From a virus (Duplodnaviria > Caudoviricetes), in IMG/VR virus record IMGVR_UViG_3300021387_000147: DNA of 64,000 bases; one strand, 5' to 3'. The notes under the pieces are model-generated. The model saw only the letters and a program-made list of their open reading frames with translations. It was not told where the DNA came from and did not search any database. A program made the position numbers and the translations under genes. The stretch's first letter is position 1. Every line of letters begins with the position of its first letter. Positions 10,436 through 22,249 of the stretch are shown one piece after another.

Positions 10436-10966
10436 AGTTAAAAATTAGAAATTACGAATGCAGTGAGGGCAAGAAAATCTGCCGGGATGGATGCAACCAT
10501 CATAGATGCCTTAATAAACATGTTCTTCATTAGTTAGTCTCCTTTGTAAAATGTTCTTTTATCATTAAAATGAGCAAAATATGCCAGCCAAAAATCCAGG
10601 CAAGTGCACAAAGAAAATTAAAGTACCAATTGCATAGTTTTCTCATTTTGTCTGTTTCCTTATTAAAATTCTGCTTCAGTAAAAAAGATTTCAACTTTGT
10701 CAGGTACCTTTGTCATCAGATAATTGTCATACTTACGAGTAAGTGCAACCTTAAAACCCTTAGACTTCAAATACTTCTTCAATTCATGACCACTCATAAT
10801 GTCGTTTTCACAATCGACTATCACAGAAGCCTTATGATTTCTCCATGCATTGATAATTGCACGCTCAATCGTATACAAATACCTGTCCAGCTTTTCCTGT
10901 TTTTCCTGTTCAGGCTTAATCTTAGGAATTGTGCGAAGTTGAGTCAGACTAATCATTTTTGTCTCC

Positions 10967-11299
10967 TTAGTCGTTATAAGTGTAAGCACAACGATGAGCA
11001 GCGAGCTGTTCAATCAGCCAATCATGGAATTCTTCAAACGGAATTTCCTTTTCAGTGCGGTCAAAACCAGCATGCGAGCGAGAAGATACCCATTCAAATT
11101 CAACAATCTTGTCAGTAGACTTAACCTTCTGTCGCAAATCATGACCAAGATAAAGAATGACTGTGACGTTTTTCTTTTCATGCATTTCGCCAGCATATTC
11201 CACATTCTCAGTATAAACTTCTTCACTGATGCCGACAATCTTAGGAATGATTACGGTATCTTTTGAACCAGCTGGATGACGAACTTGGAACATTTGCAT
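10967..11299 (-). CDS. hypothetical early protein
   Basis: First gene after promoter cassette 2; GAGG RBS. Confidence 0.75.
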   Translation of the reverse strand: MQMFQVRHPAGSKDTVIIPKIVGISEEVYTENVEYAGEMHEKKNVTVILYLGHDLRQKVKSTDKIVEFEWVSSRSHAGFDRTEKEIPFEEFHDWLIEQLAAHRCAYTYND

Positions 11300-11304
11300 T
11301 GTTT

Positions 11305-11438
11305 TAACCTCTTTTATTTTAACAAGTAAAATATACTAAATTTGGAACTACTCGGAAACCCCTTTTTATGTAAAAAGAAGTTTACAATAGAGCCCAGAAT
11401 GGTCCCTGGAAGCCATTTTTTGTAAAATTTAGTTTACA
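11305..11438 (-). promoter_or_regulatory. boxed promoter cassette 2
   Basis: Boxes at 11369 and 11421; TTTCCG-17-TATATT; leader TTACTTGTTAAAATAAAAGAGG. Confidence 0.88.
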
Positions 11439-11472
11439 ATAGTATTCGACATAAATAATATAGGAGTGTAAA

Positions 11473-12114
11473 ATGAGTGAACCTAAATTGCCATCATGGA
11501 TGAATTATTCTGACTATGAAGATATTATGCATTATCTTCGTCTTTTTGGAGAAATAAAACCTTATTATTTGAAAGCTGAAGATGTATTTAATGCTGAACA
11601 AGAAGTCATGAAAAGAAAGATGGATGATGGTTTAAGACTTATTGACGTTGCTAAAGAAATGATTTGGAGCTATAAATATAAGGAAAGATGGCATCAATTA
11701 CCAAAGGATGAAAATATGGATTTAACAGAAGCAAAACAAGTATTAACAGACAATGGTTATCTGTTAAAAGAAAATACAAATGAATTGACTAAACAAGAAA
11801 AATATGCATTATTATACTTGTTATTAAAAGAACAAGGTGTAAAGTTAGTTGCAAATTTTAAAGATAGTGTAATTGATGACCAAGAAATTGATTTTGTTAT
11901 TGATAACAAATATCCAGCAAGTATCAAGAATGGTCAATTTGGTGGTATGAGTGATGATTTAGCTGATGATCCAGATACAATCTATTATGCAGTTTGGTTC
12001 TCTGATGATGAAGATGATTATAGAGAAGAAACCTATGATATAAACGAAATCATAGAATACGTTAAAGCTGGAAAATGGAATCAGTTCGTTAAAGAAGAAT
12101 TATTAAGTTGGTAA
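11473..12114 (+). CDS. hypothetical protein with internal MDLTEAKQVLTDNGY peptide
   Basis: AGGAG RBS; CATAAATA at 11450; peptide begins at ATG 11716. Confidence 0.75.
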   Translation: MSEPKLPSWMNYSDYEDIMHYLRLFGEIKPYYLKAEDVFNAEQEVMKRKMDDGLRLIDVAKEMIWSYKYKERWHQLPKDENMDLTEAKQVLTDNGYLLKENTNELTKQEKYALLYLLLKEQGVKLVANFKDSVIDDQEIDFVIDNKYPASIKNGQFGGMSDDLADDPDTIYYAVWFSDDEDDYREETYDINEIIEYVKAGKWNQFVKEELLSW

Positions 12115-12124
12115 GGAATAAAGT

Positions 12125-12673
12125 ATGAATTTAAATGAAGCAAAACAAATCCTAAAGAATGCTGGCTATATCATTGAAGATACTGAAACCAATGATGAAG
12201 AATATGATGCATTATATAATGAATGGGATAAAAAATGGGGTTCAGATCCAGCTATAAATACTCTTATTAAGAAAATGCATAAAGTTAGTAATAAGCGTAT
12301 GGATTTAAAAGATAAGATTGACAACGCAAAGAAGTTCAATTCTAATATTGATAGAATGAAGAAAGATGCAGTCAATATTTTCAAGCAAGCATTTCATGAA
12401 GATGAAGTGACTGACAATGGAGATGGTACGTATACAATAGTTCCTATGAGTGAATATGATATTGAAGCTATCTATAAGTGGGATGATAATGATACTTTGT
12501 CTTGTAAATTTAATTATTCAGACAATGTATTGACATTCAAGCATCTCAGCAAACACTTGAAATATGATCCTAAGGGTGGACCTTGGCAGGAAGGTCAATG
12601 GTCAGGCGATGAAGCACTTGAAAACTTCATTTCAGACTTGGCATTTGAATATCAAAATGCAATGAGTGTATAA
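12125..12673 (+). CDS. MNLNEAKQ-leader protein (putative internal head protein)
   Basis: N-terminal 18 aa shared with 12685 and nearly with 27449. Confidence 0.7.
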   Translation: MNLNEAKQILKNAGYIIEDTETNDEEYDALYNEWDKKWGSDPAINTLIKKMHKVSNKRMDLKDKIDNAKKFNSNIDRMKKDAVNIFKQAFHEDEVTDNGDGTYTIVPMSEYDIEAIYKWDDNDTLSCKFNYSDNVLTFKHLSKHLKYDPKGGPWQEGQWSGDEALENFISDLAFEYQNAMSV

Positions 12674-12684
12674 AAGGTTATAAT

Positions 12685-12969
12685 ATGAATTTAAATGAAG
12701 CAAAACAGATTTTAAAGAATGCTGGATATATCATTGAAAGATATGATCTTGACTATGATTCAGTAAATTCTTCTTTTGATGAAGAAAAACGTCTTGAAAA
12801 GTTTGGTGAATATCTATATGAAGTAAGAGAATTATTATATCGTAAAGGCTTCAGTAGAGGTAAACAAGCTGATAATTATGATGAATTACATGATATAGCA
12901 CATAGATGTTGTAGATTAGGTAAATCTATTGAAGACTGTGCTAAAGAAATAATTTTTACAATAAAATAA
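12685..12969 (+). CDS. MNLNEAKQ-leader protein (putative internal head protein)
   Basis: First 18 aa identical to 12125. Confidence 0.7.
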   Translation: MNLNEAKQILKNAGYIIERYDLDYDSVNSSFDEEKRLEKFGEYLYEVRELLYRKGFSRGKQADNYDELHDIAHRCCRLGKSIEDCAKEIIFTIK

Positions 12970-12970
12970 A

Positions 12971-12998
12971 AAGAGGACTTTTAGTCCTCTTATAAATA
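12971..12998 (+). terminator. hairpin immediately followed by TATAAATA late-type promoter
   Basis: AAGAGGACT-TTT-AGTCCTCTT then TATAAATA at 12991-12998. Confidence 0.65.
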
Positions 12999-13007
12999 TG
13001 GTTAGAT

Positions 13008-13763
13008 ATGAGTGAACGTGAAGAATATACAGCAGAAACATACCCAAGTTTTGGTAAGAAATATAACGGTGAAAAAGCTATCATTAGTTTAACATCTTGG
13101 AAAGCTCGCATAAATACAGTTTCAAAAACTCTGTATAGCCTATTAACACAGTGTCCTGGTTTTCATATAGTTCTTGTGTTATCAGAAGAAGAATTTCCAA
13201 AGAAAATGAATGCTTTACCTAAGAATTTAAAATTATTAGTTGATAATGAATTAATTGAAATTTTTTGGGTATATAAGAACTATAAAGCATTTAAAAAAGT
13301 TCTTTTTACAATGAATAAGTATAAAGACGTTCCAATTATTTCTGCAGATGATGATTTAATTTATATTAAAAATTATGCAGATTTTTTATATAATAAATGG
13401 AAAGTATTAAATACTTATTGCATAGGTTTATCATCATCATACTATAAAAAAACAAATAATTTATGGATAGCTGGATTATGGGGATATGCACAATTATTTC
13501 CACCACATTTTATAGATTATTTAGATTTTAATATAATAAAACAAATTACAAATTTAGGTTGCATTGATGATGATACATTTTATGATATTTATAGACAAAA
13601 ATTTAATATAAATGCATTTAGTTTTCAAATACAATTTAATAAAAATAATTTTATTATTAATAATAATGTTAATCAAAATAATTGTATTACAAATCAACGT
13701 ATAAATCATAAATTAAATGATAAAAAAATATATGAGGGTTTATTAAATGTTAATAATCGGTAA
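13008..13763 (+). CDS. GT-A fold glycosyltransferase
   Basis: IISLTSW..RI and IISADDDLIY (DxD) motifs. Confidence 0.75.
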   Translation: MSEREEYTAETYPSFGKKYNGEKAIISLTSWKARINTVSKTLYSLLTQCPGFHIVLVLSEEEFPKKMNALPKNLKLLVDNELIEIFWVYKNYKAFKKVLFTMNKYKDVPIISADDDLIYIKNYADFLYNKWKVLNTYCIGLSSSYYKKTNNLWIAGLWGYAQLFPPHFIDYLDFNIIKQITNLGCIDDDTFYDIYRQKFNINAFSFQIQFNKNNFIINNNVNQNNCITNQRINHKLNDKKIYEGLLNVNNR

Positions 13764-14283
13764 TAATTGTTGTGGAGCAGAAATTTATAAAAGTGTAATA
13801 AAACAGCAATATAATAATCCATTTATTTGGTGTAGAACTGATATTATATCATTAGCAAAATATTGGAATAATATAAATTTTAAAAATATTGACATTTTTA
13901 ATGAAAATAAATTATTAGGATTTTGGCATATATTAATAGATAATAAATGTGATTTACGATTTAGACATCATAAATTTGATCCTAAAGCTAAAATACCAAT
14001 AATAATTCAACCAACTGATACACAAGACGCTGAAATACGTTATTGTAAAATTTGGGAATTATTAGTAAATGACTATAACAAAAGATTAAATCGAATGGAT
14101 TTAAATGAAAAACCAATCTTCGTATTTTATGAAGATTGGCAAGATGGTCCAGAAAAATTAGAAGAGCTTAAAAAATATACAGACAGAATAATTATTATAC
14201 CAAAAATAAAAGGATGTGGTGTAGTAAAAACAGTTAGATTAAAAGCAGATTATATAAAAAAAGAATTAGAAAAATTTAAATAA
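13747..14283 (+). CDS. DUF1919-like protein
   Basis: IIGNNCCGA..Y......NNPFIW, R..RM. Confidence 0.65.
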   Translation: MLIIGNNCCGAEIYKSVIKQQYNNPFIWCRTDIISLAKYWNNINFKNIDIFNENKLLGFWHILIDNKCDLRFRHHKFDPKAKIPIIIQPTDTQDAEIRYCKIWELLVNDYNKRLNRMDLNEKPIFVFYEDWQDGPEKLEELKKYTDRIIIIPKIKGCGVVKTVRLKADYIKKELEKFK

Positions 14284-14869
14284 TCTTATTTTCTATGATA
14301 TAATCAGCAACAGTCCCAACATATTGAGATTTTGGATGTATAATTTTTAAATTTAAATTTGAAAATAATTTAGAATCAATATTATGTTTTGTTGCCCATA
14401 TAATTTCATATTTAAAATTTTTATCATTTAATTTTTGTAAAATTTCAATAGAATTATCATGTCGAACTGTATCAACTGTTGAATATGTATCATCATCTAC
14501 TATTAAAAATATAGGTTTTTCTTTTGTTTCAAACATTCTTTTGCATCGATTTTTATATTTTTCAAGCGCATATTCCCATGGTTTATAATAATAAACATCT
14601 ACAAAATTTTTAATTGGTTTAATAGCTTTTTTATCATATAAAATATGAATATATCTTATTATAATTTTTGAATCGATTATAATATCTATACCTTTTTTAG
14701 GTGTTTTATCAGGAAAATCGATTTTATCAAAATTTATATTATCCCAATTTAACATTAAACATAAAAATGAATCTGCTGGTATTAAATTCCACATAAATGG
14801 ATTATTATACATCATATTCATTTTTTTATATAAAAAACCACTAGCACAATTATTACAAATTATTTGCAT
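14276..14869 (-). CDS. DUF1919-like protein
   Basis: IICNNCASGFLY.....NNPFMW. Confidence 0.65.
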   Translation of the reverse strand: MQIICNNCASGFLYKKMNMMYNNPFMWNLIPADSFLCLMLNWDNINFDKIDFPDKTPKKGIDIIIDSKIIIRYIHILYDKKAIKPIKNFVDVYYYKPWEYALEKYKNRCKRMFETKEKPIFLIVDDDTYSTVDTVRHDNSIEILQKLNDKNFKYEIIWATKHNIDSKLFSNLNLKIIHPKSQYVGTVADYIIENKII

Positions 14870-16350
14870 ATTTTAATTTCATCTAAAATTATTTTACATA
14901 ATTTATTTTCATGTTCATAATTATTTATATGAAAATTTTGTGATACTGCATAATGTTCATAATCTGGTAAATTTATAAAATTTGTACTATGAGGTTTATC
15001 ATTAATAATTATCCATTCCATTCTTCTTTGTTTTGCTAAACAACCATAATAGAAGTCATCATGTTTTGTATCAATAATAGCTTGTGTAAGTTTATAATTT
15101 TTAAAACAGCCTGGAGGAAATAGGATTCCACTTCCGCCACCACCAAATACAATATTTTCTCTAAAGAAATTATTAAATGAGACTATATAATCTTTATCTT
15201 TTTCCCATAGTCCATACAAAATATCTGCATAATTTCTATAATAAACACATCCATCATCTGCAGTAATAATTGGCACATCAGGATATTTGTCCATAGTTGG
15301 CAACATCTTCTTAAATGAATATGTATTTTCCTTAACCCACAATAATTCAAAATATCCATTATAAAGTAATGACCTCAAATTTTCAGGTAATTCCTTTTCT
15401 TTTTGAGGAAATTCATCTTCTGATAATACCAATACAATATGATACCCAGGACACTGAGTAATTAATGAATTCAATGTATAATATACACTTCCAATACGCT
15501 TCTTCCAAGAAGTCATTGAAATAATTGCTTTTTCACCATTGTATTTCTTTATCTTGCTTGCATCTTCTGTATAATTCAAATAAAGCTTATACAAATCTTC
15601 TTGCTTACAATAAACCCAACCTTTATCTTTTATACAGAATTGATTAAATGGAATTGGTCTAACTGTATTATGCAAATTCCAAGTCATAAATTCACTTTGT
15701 AGAACTTGTTGAGACATTGGAAATACTTTAGGTTTAAATTCATTCTTAAACATATTCAATGCAAAAGAATAAACTGTCTGATCTAGACGTTCAATTTCAT
15801 TTGTTCCTAAAGTCTTTAATAAATTAAATACTGTATTATCAATATGCTTTATTTTATCAGTATTCTTTTCAATACGGATAGTTCCTTGATATAGGCCTTT
15901 ATAATCAAAGTTATATCCATTAGCTTCCATAAAGCCAATACATCTATTTGTATTAGCAGCAGGATAATTTCTAAATCTCATCCATGCAAGATATTCTACA
16001 TCTATTCTGTCTCTTTCTGGATGGATATTTAGACCAAGTTCACAATCAGACTTCATAAAGTCATCATATAATTTACGTAATGATTTATTGATTTGAACTG
16101 AACCATCTAGATAAATGCAAACAGGAGTAGTTGCATAATTGAATAGATTAAATCTTACTTTATAACATTTCTCAAATACAGAAAGACCATCCAGAGAATG
16201 GTCTACAATAACATTCCAAACATTTGATTTTAGATTTTCATCATCGGTAATATAAATGTATTCACAATTAGGATCTATTTCTTTTGGGTCTCGCATAATT
16301 TCATAATTATTGAAATTATACATCAATATACTATATAATTTTTCACTCAT
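14860..16350 (-). CDS. two-domain glycosyltransferase (DUF616-like plus GT-A paralog of 13008)
   Basis: YITDD, IYLDGS, HPERD, RLDQ then KKYNGEKAIISMTSW...ITADD. Confidence 0.75.
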   Translation of the reverse strand: MSEKLYSILMYNFNNYEIMRDPKEIDPNCEYIYITDDENLKSNVWNVIVDHSLDGLSVFEKCYKVRFNLFNYATTPVCIYLDGSVQINKSLRKLYDDFMKSDCELGLNIHPERDRIDVEYLAWMRFRNYPAANTNRCIGFMEANGYNFDYKGLYQGTIRIEKNTDKIKHIDNTVFNLLKTLGTNEIERLDQTVYSFALNMFKNEFKPKVFPMSQQVLQSEFMTWNLHNTVRPIPFNQFCIKDKGWVYCKQEDLYKLYLNYTEDASKIKKYNGEKAIISMTSWKKRIGSVYYTLNSLITQCPGYHIVLVLSEDEFPQKEKELPENLRSLLYNGYFELLWVKENTYSFKKMLPTMDKYPDVPIITADDGCVYYRNYADILYGLWEKDKDYIVSFNNFFRENIVFGGGGSGILFPPGCFKNYKLTQAIIDTKHDDFYYGCLAKQRRMEWIIINDKPHSTNFINLPDYEHYAVSQNFHINNYEHENKLCKIILDEIKICK

Positions 16351-16360
16351 ATCTTATATA

Positions 16361-16573
16361 TTACCTTGTACAATATATTTTGCATTTACAATGTGGACAC
16401 CATGTTTGAATGACTTTATACATAGTGCACCAATCTTTTTCATCTTGCATACGTCTTTCTTCAGGTTTTACATAATGCCATTCATTAGGTCCTGCCATAA
16501 AGACAGTTTTACAATGTTTACATTGAAATGCTTGTTTTTCAAATTCTTTAATATCTTTTGGAAATAAACTCAT
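16361..16573 (-). CDS. small zinc-binding protein
   Basis: CKHC...CPHC. Confidence 0.65.
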   Translation of the reverse strand: MSLFPKDIKEFEKQAFQCKHCKTVFMAGPNEWHYVKPEERRMQDEKDWCTMYKVIQTWCPHCKCKIYCTR

Positions 16574-17188
16574 ATTTTACCTTACATAAAAATCCATGTT
16601 CCAGCATCTAGACGTTCTGTTGCTTCTTCTATAGATTTGCCTTCATCATAAAACTGTTTTAAATCATCACCAAAATCAAAATCATTATAAATGCTTTCTT
16701 TTAAATCTTCAAAAGACCAATTTTTAAATTGTTCACATTCATTAAGATTTTGTAATACAGCTGTTTCATATTCTGAAAAAGTCATATTTACCCATTATCA
16801 GGTTGAATTTTTACATCAATTTTTAGACCATGTTCTCCACAAGAATGGCACCAACTAGCGATATTAGCAATATCTTGAGCTTTTAATGTTTTTGTATCAT
16901 AGATTTTAACATCTTGTGGGTCAAAATCTTCTGGAGTCATATCCTCTATTTCATCTCTATCATATTCATCTTCTGCATAACTAATTATTGCTATCTTTGC
17001 CATCTTTATCCTCTGCTATATTGAAAGGTTCTATATTACGATTATATAAGGCTCTAATTTGGTCAGAATCATCAATCAATTTAGAAGCTATTTGAAGATC
17101 AGGTAAAATCTGTATAAAATGCCACATATCAGACTTTTCTATCATTCTCTTTTGAAAATCTTTTTCTTGTTTAATTGATAATTCTAAA

Positions 17189-17548
17189 TTAGTCATGCCT
17201 ATAATCCCAAAGAAATCCTTTTGAACCTTCGTTTTCTTTTATTTGTTTAATGATATTCTTGACTAATTTTATTTCTTCTGGAGTTGCATCACAACCAGCA
17301 TCACCTATATTATCATACTCATATTTAATATCTAATGAAATACAATTATTTTTGATAATAGGCTTTATTTCAAAAGTCACTTCAATAGAATACCATTCAC
17401 AATCATCAGTTCTATTCTTTTGGATAAAGCCTAAAACTAAATCATTATCTTCTATAGAATCTTTAGTTAATTTATCTAATCTTAAAGTTGAATTTTTAAG
17501 CATTAAATTGATAGATTTTATTACTTCATTGAATTTTTCACTAGTCAT
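17189..17548 (-). CDS. hypothetical protein
   Basis: Coupled ORF. Confidence 0.6.
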   Translation of the reverse strand: MTSEKFNEVIKSINLMLKNSTLRLDKLTKDSIEDNDLVLGFIQKNRTDDCEWYSIEVTFEIKPIIKNNCISLDIKYEYDNIGDAGCDATPEEIKLVKNIIKQIKENEGSKGFLWDYRHD

Positions 17549-17825
17549 TCTTTTCCTCTATCTTACGTGTTTCTTCCATAATGACTTTGTATATACGTCT
17601 AATTGATTCTTCACTATAAGGACATTTCGTAAGCTTAGCTACTGTAACAATATCATTTAGAATAAAATTTTCTCTATCTTCATCAATAATCTTTAGTCCT
17701 TCTTTCTTTTTGAGTTTGCCAATTTCTTTAGCATAAGAACCTCTACGATTCAATCCAGATAGAATTTCACAATCTATTTGAGTCACACATGCACGTAATT
17801 CGTTAATTATATTATTACTAGTCAT
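17541..17825 (-). CDS. chorismate mutase, AroQ/type II
   Basis: ELR....ID..I...L.RR.....IG.LK......I.D.DRE pattern. Confidence 0.8.
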   Translation of the reverse strand: MTSNNIINELRACVTQIDCEILSGLNRRGSYAKEIGKLKKKEGLKIIDEDRENFILNDIVTVAKLTKCPYSEESIRRIYKVIMEETRKIEEKND

Positions 17826-18136
17826 AATCTATTATCCACTATACCTAATTCTTTAAATGCTTCTAACATATCATCAACAGAATATGTTATAAGTGTCGCA
17901 AGTTTCCAAATATGTTTGCTACCATCAGAATATATTGCATCTTCAAATAAACTCGCATAATACTTACATGCATCAGGAAAACGTTCGTGATATGGACAAT
18001 CACGACTTAAATGAAGCTTCTTTACTGAACCATCTTCATTAAACAAACGTTTCTTAATAATTTCATTCTTTTTCAAATCTTCAATGTGATTAAAATCTAC
18101 AGATGGTCCGTTTGCATATAATTCAAATGTTTTCAT
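17822..18136 (-). CDS. hypothetical protein
   Basis: Coupled ORF. Confidence 0.6.
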   Translation of the reverse strand: MKTFELYANGPSVDFNHIEDLKKNEIIKKRLFNEDGSVKKLHLSRDCPYHERFPDACKYYASLFEDAIYSDGSKHIWKLATLITYSVDDMLEAFKELGIVDNRL

Positions 18137-19004
18137 TAGACTTTACCTTATCACTAGTCATCTACATATCCTTTTAAATCAATTACAAGTTTCTTAATTT
18201 CAGCTTTAGACAATATCTCTTTTAGATAAATTTCTGATCCATATCTTGGATTAACATTTTTAAAATTTTCAATAGTAGCTGCAGCACCTTGCTTAAAAGG
18301 ATATTTTATTGCTTCTGTAACATCGTCTGTTAGATAGTCATTTGGACTATTAGCATAAGAGGTCATTTTAAAATACTTATTCATGTATTTTAAGACATAT
18401 ACACTTTGGTGTTTTTCAAATAACATTATAATACCTTTGCTTCTTTAAATTGCCATTCAACTAAATTTCTATATGAGTAATGTTCTTTTTCGACTAAAAC
18501 ATTATTGTTAACAATTTCACCTAATACACAAACATGACCATATCCTTTATATTCATGCCTTAATTTAGATGGAAATTTATGAATAGCATCTTTAGCATCT
18601 TTTGCTTCTACAATAAAAGAATCAGTCAAGCTAGGTATTCCTTCCATACCTTGATCTAAAAAATACCAACAAATTAAATACTTTTTCATTAGACTTTACC
18701 CATATCCTTTTCTAAATAGTTTACAATATTCTGAACTGATGCTGAAGTCACATTCTTATAATTTGTTGCAATACGTCTCTGATTTGGATAAAAGATTCTC
18801 CATTGTTCTTCTTGCAAAATGATTTCATAAATGTGTCTTCCATTTCTATAGACTTTTACACCAGCATAATTTTCTGTTTGTCCAACATACGTATCTGTTG
18901 AAATAAAATAAAGTGCTTTTAATTGCAATTTTTCTCTAATTTGTTTAGCCAATTCATGGACTAAATCTACTTGTTGTGTTGTTATCATGTGAGTTTCCAT
19001 ATTT

Positions 19005-19412
19005 TTACCAACTTATCCAAAAACCAAAATCTTCTTCTTCCCAAGTATTACCAAATCCATTTCTTACTGTATATTTAGTTTTATCATCTTTAATAGTAAA
19101 TCCTTCGGCTTTAAGTCTATCTTTTACACGATATGAAATTACATCATTAAATACATAAGATTCATCATAATATAATGACCTGCTTCCAGATTTTGCTTCA
19201 TTTGCAATCAATTTCTTTAACATTTTATAATGACGTTCATCTTCTTTATATTCTTTTTCTATTAATTTATCAAGTCTTTCTTTATTCTTTTTTAATGTTT
19301 TTGGTGACACCATATTAGAAGCATCTTTTGCGTTAAAAGATACATCTTGTTTATTTCTATATAAAAATAAACTAATCATACCAAAAACAAATAAAATTGC
19401 TATAAGTATCAT
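19005..19412 (-). CDS. membrane-anchored hypothetical protein
   Basis: N-terminal TM segment. Confidence 0.65.
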   Translation of the reverse strand: MILIAILFVFGMISLFLYRNKQDVSFNAKDASNMVSPKTLKKNKERLDKLIEKEYKEDERHYKMLKKLIANEAKSGSRSLYYDESYVFNDVISYRVKDRLKAEGFTIKDDKTKYTVRNGFGNTWEEEDFGFWISW

Positions 19413-21554
19413 TCTTCATTCCATTCATGAGGTTTAACAGATAATAATCTATTTTCTATATCATTAACAAGGTCAAGCAATCGTTTTTCGTCTTCGGTGT
19501 CTGTCATTTTCTTTACCCATCCTTCCATAGAGGTAGCAACCATATATGGGTCATTACCCAATACCTCAACCATATCTTGACAAAGTTTTTTCCAAAAGTT
19601 TATATCGTGTGTCATATTTACCACCCACAATCACACTCGGTTATTCCTTGCAATGCATTGATTTTAGCATTATATGCTTCTGTACTATCACGCATAACAA
19701 GAATCGCTTTTGTCACTTTATCCTTATCACCAGAATACGTAATATGATATTCATATCGTTTACTGAACCATCCAGTCTGTATAACTTCCCTATCTATCTT
19801 ACAATCTATTTGAAACCTATCAGCAAATTGATATGCTGTTCGTGATAGACCATTGACTTCATGGTCACTTGTTATTGAAAATGTACGTCTAAAATCACTC
19901 ATAGTATGCCTCTTTATGTTATATCCCAATCTTCTTCATAATCAAAGTTTTCAGGTCTATATTTCTTATCCCAATTCCAGTTAACTTCTTTAAATACTTG
20001 TTTTTCTACCATAATTGGTAAAATACTAAAAAGTGTTAATTCGCCATTCCAACTATACATTTTAAATTCGGAATCAGGTTCATCCTTTTGCATATCAGCA
20101 ACAATCTGTTCCATTTTTCGTGTGTCAATTCCAGACCAACAACATTTAATAAATTCACCATTTTTTGTCACAAAAAATTTATTCATATTTCTTTATCCTA
20201 ATCTTGATTTCTCATTTCTTCAGCAAAGTCAATACCATCAGTAAGACCTATAAGATAATTTCTAACAGATGCAAGAATAGATGCATCAGGATAACCTTCA
20301 TCCCTTAGTTCATCAATTCTGTTAACTAACTTATCTGAAATTTCACGGACTTTTTCTTCTGCTACTGTCATATTAGTCTCCTAATTAGCTGGTTTAAAAT
20401 CAATTATAATCTTCTTAATTTGATTATCATCTTGACGGTCAATTGTAATACCTTTTACTGCACACAAATTTATTCCTAATTGATTTACAATAAACTGTTC
20501 AATCAATTCTTCTGTTGTTGGTGTCACTTTATTATTCATTCTTTTACCTCATAAATTGAATCAATATTTGTATCAATTGGTAATTTAACACTTGATGGAG
20601 CTACATAAGTTTTATGCTCATTCAACAATCCAACTGGTGCATGTAATTTACCAAACATCAATCTACATAATATACCTTCACCTTGTTCATTATTGATATA
20701 CAATAATCTTGGATATAATTTTACATTTCCAAAGTCCTTATAACTTTTCAAATGAGGACATTCAGGAGTATTATATGGATATACTTTAGACAATAGATAA
20801 TCAATTGTTGAATATCCTAAACAAACTCCATCTTTATGTTGCTTTAATTCATCTAACGTCATTAGTCTGGTTCTCCTGAATAAGATTTTCCATTTACATA
20901 AAAATCACAATTATGTGTTGCATATAAACGAATTTGTTCAACAAATTCATCTAACTGGTCAGGTAAAGTAAATACCTGTTCACCTTCTTCAGAATCTGCA
21001 CCTTCAAATGTCACTTTAAATTTATTCATTATTTACTTCTCCAAACTACTTCTTTTTTAGGTTTTTTAATTGGATCCCAATTGTGCTCGATGAATTGTTT
21101 AGCTTCTTCTAAGTTGGTATAATATACCTCCATGCAATACTCTCCGCCACCGTCCCATACCGAATGCCACCAAATAAACCATACTTGAGGATAATATATT
21201 TTATTTTCAAGAAGCACTCTCTTTGGCAACTTTCTAATAAAAGCTCTCCATAGATTTTTCATATTTAAATTTCCTTAATTTGGACTTCATCATCTATTTC
21301 ACCAATGAAAATTTTATCATCTGGTGTTACACCATACCAATCACTTCTCTCATTACATATATTTTTAACAAGTGTCAATTTACTTTTTGCTGCATTAAAA
21401 GTAGCATAATGCGTTGCTTGACTAAGTTCATCAATCCAATTACCACAAAAACCCTTTGAACCCCAATATTTAATATCAGTAAATCTTTTATTATTTTCAC
21501 TAGGTTCTAAACATAAAACCCATGTTTTTATTTTTCCATTAAAGATTTTATTCA

Positions 21555-22046
21555 TTATAGTCCACCTAATTCCTTAATTCTCTTCTGAAATTCACTTACA
21601 CTTATTGTACAATCTTCATACTTCTCAGGAGGTTTTTCTCCTGTCATATCAGCAATCTTCTTATAAAAATCCAAAACATCTTGCTTTGTCTTTTCTTCTA
21701 TTGCTTTTATTTCTGCTTCTTCTGCTTCTTCATCATATTCTGAATCATCATCACAATATGGTGATTCAAACTTCTTAGCCCACTTTCCTTTCAATGCATC
21801 GCTTACATCAGTATATTTTGCTTTTACTTTACCATCATAAGGATCTTTTTCATGATAATCAAAATCTGCAGCTAAATAAATTGTATTATCATCTGGAAAT
21901 TCTACAATATGATCAACATCTGCATATTCCCATGCACCACATGCATGAGAATTATCATAGAACATTGTTACTTCTGTATCTTCTCCATTATGTTCTTTTG
22001 CAATTGCATCTAAAATTGCTCTTAATTCTTTAATCTTCATCTTCAA
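21555..22046 (-). CDS. acidic hypothetical protein
   Basis: Coupled ORF. Confidence 0.65.
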   Translation of the reverse strand: MKMKIKELRAILDAIAKEHNGEDTEVTMFYDNSHACGAWEYADVDHIVEFPDDNTIYLAADFDYHEKDPYDGKVKAKYTDVSDALKGKWAKKFESPYCDDDSEYDEEAEEAEIKAIEEKTKQDVLDFYKKIADMTGEKPPEKYEDCTISVSEFQKRIKELGGL

Positions 22047-22249
22047 TCTCCACTATTTCTTCTAAAAATGGTTTATCCTTTAAATTTAATGGAACATAAG
22101 CATCTTCAAATAATTTTCGAATTCCTTTTGACAATGGATCAGATGAAACTGCACCAGTAAATCCTGAATAATTAGCATTACTCTTCCATGGTTCCATTAG
22201 TTTATCATCATAACATCGCTTTACATAATCAGCAACAAAATCACTCATC

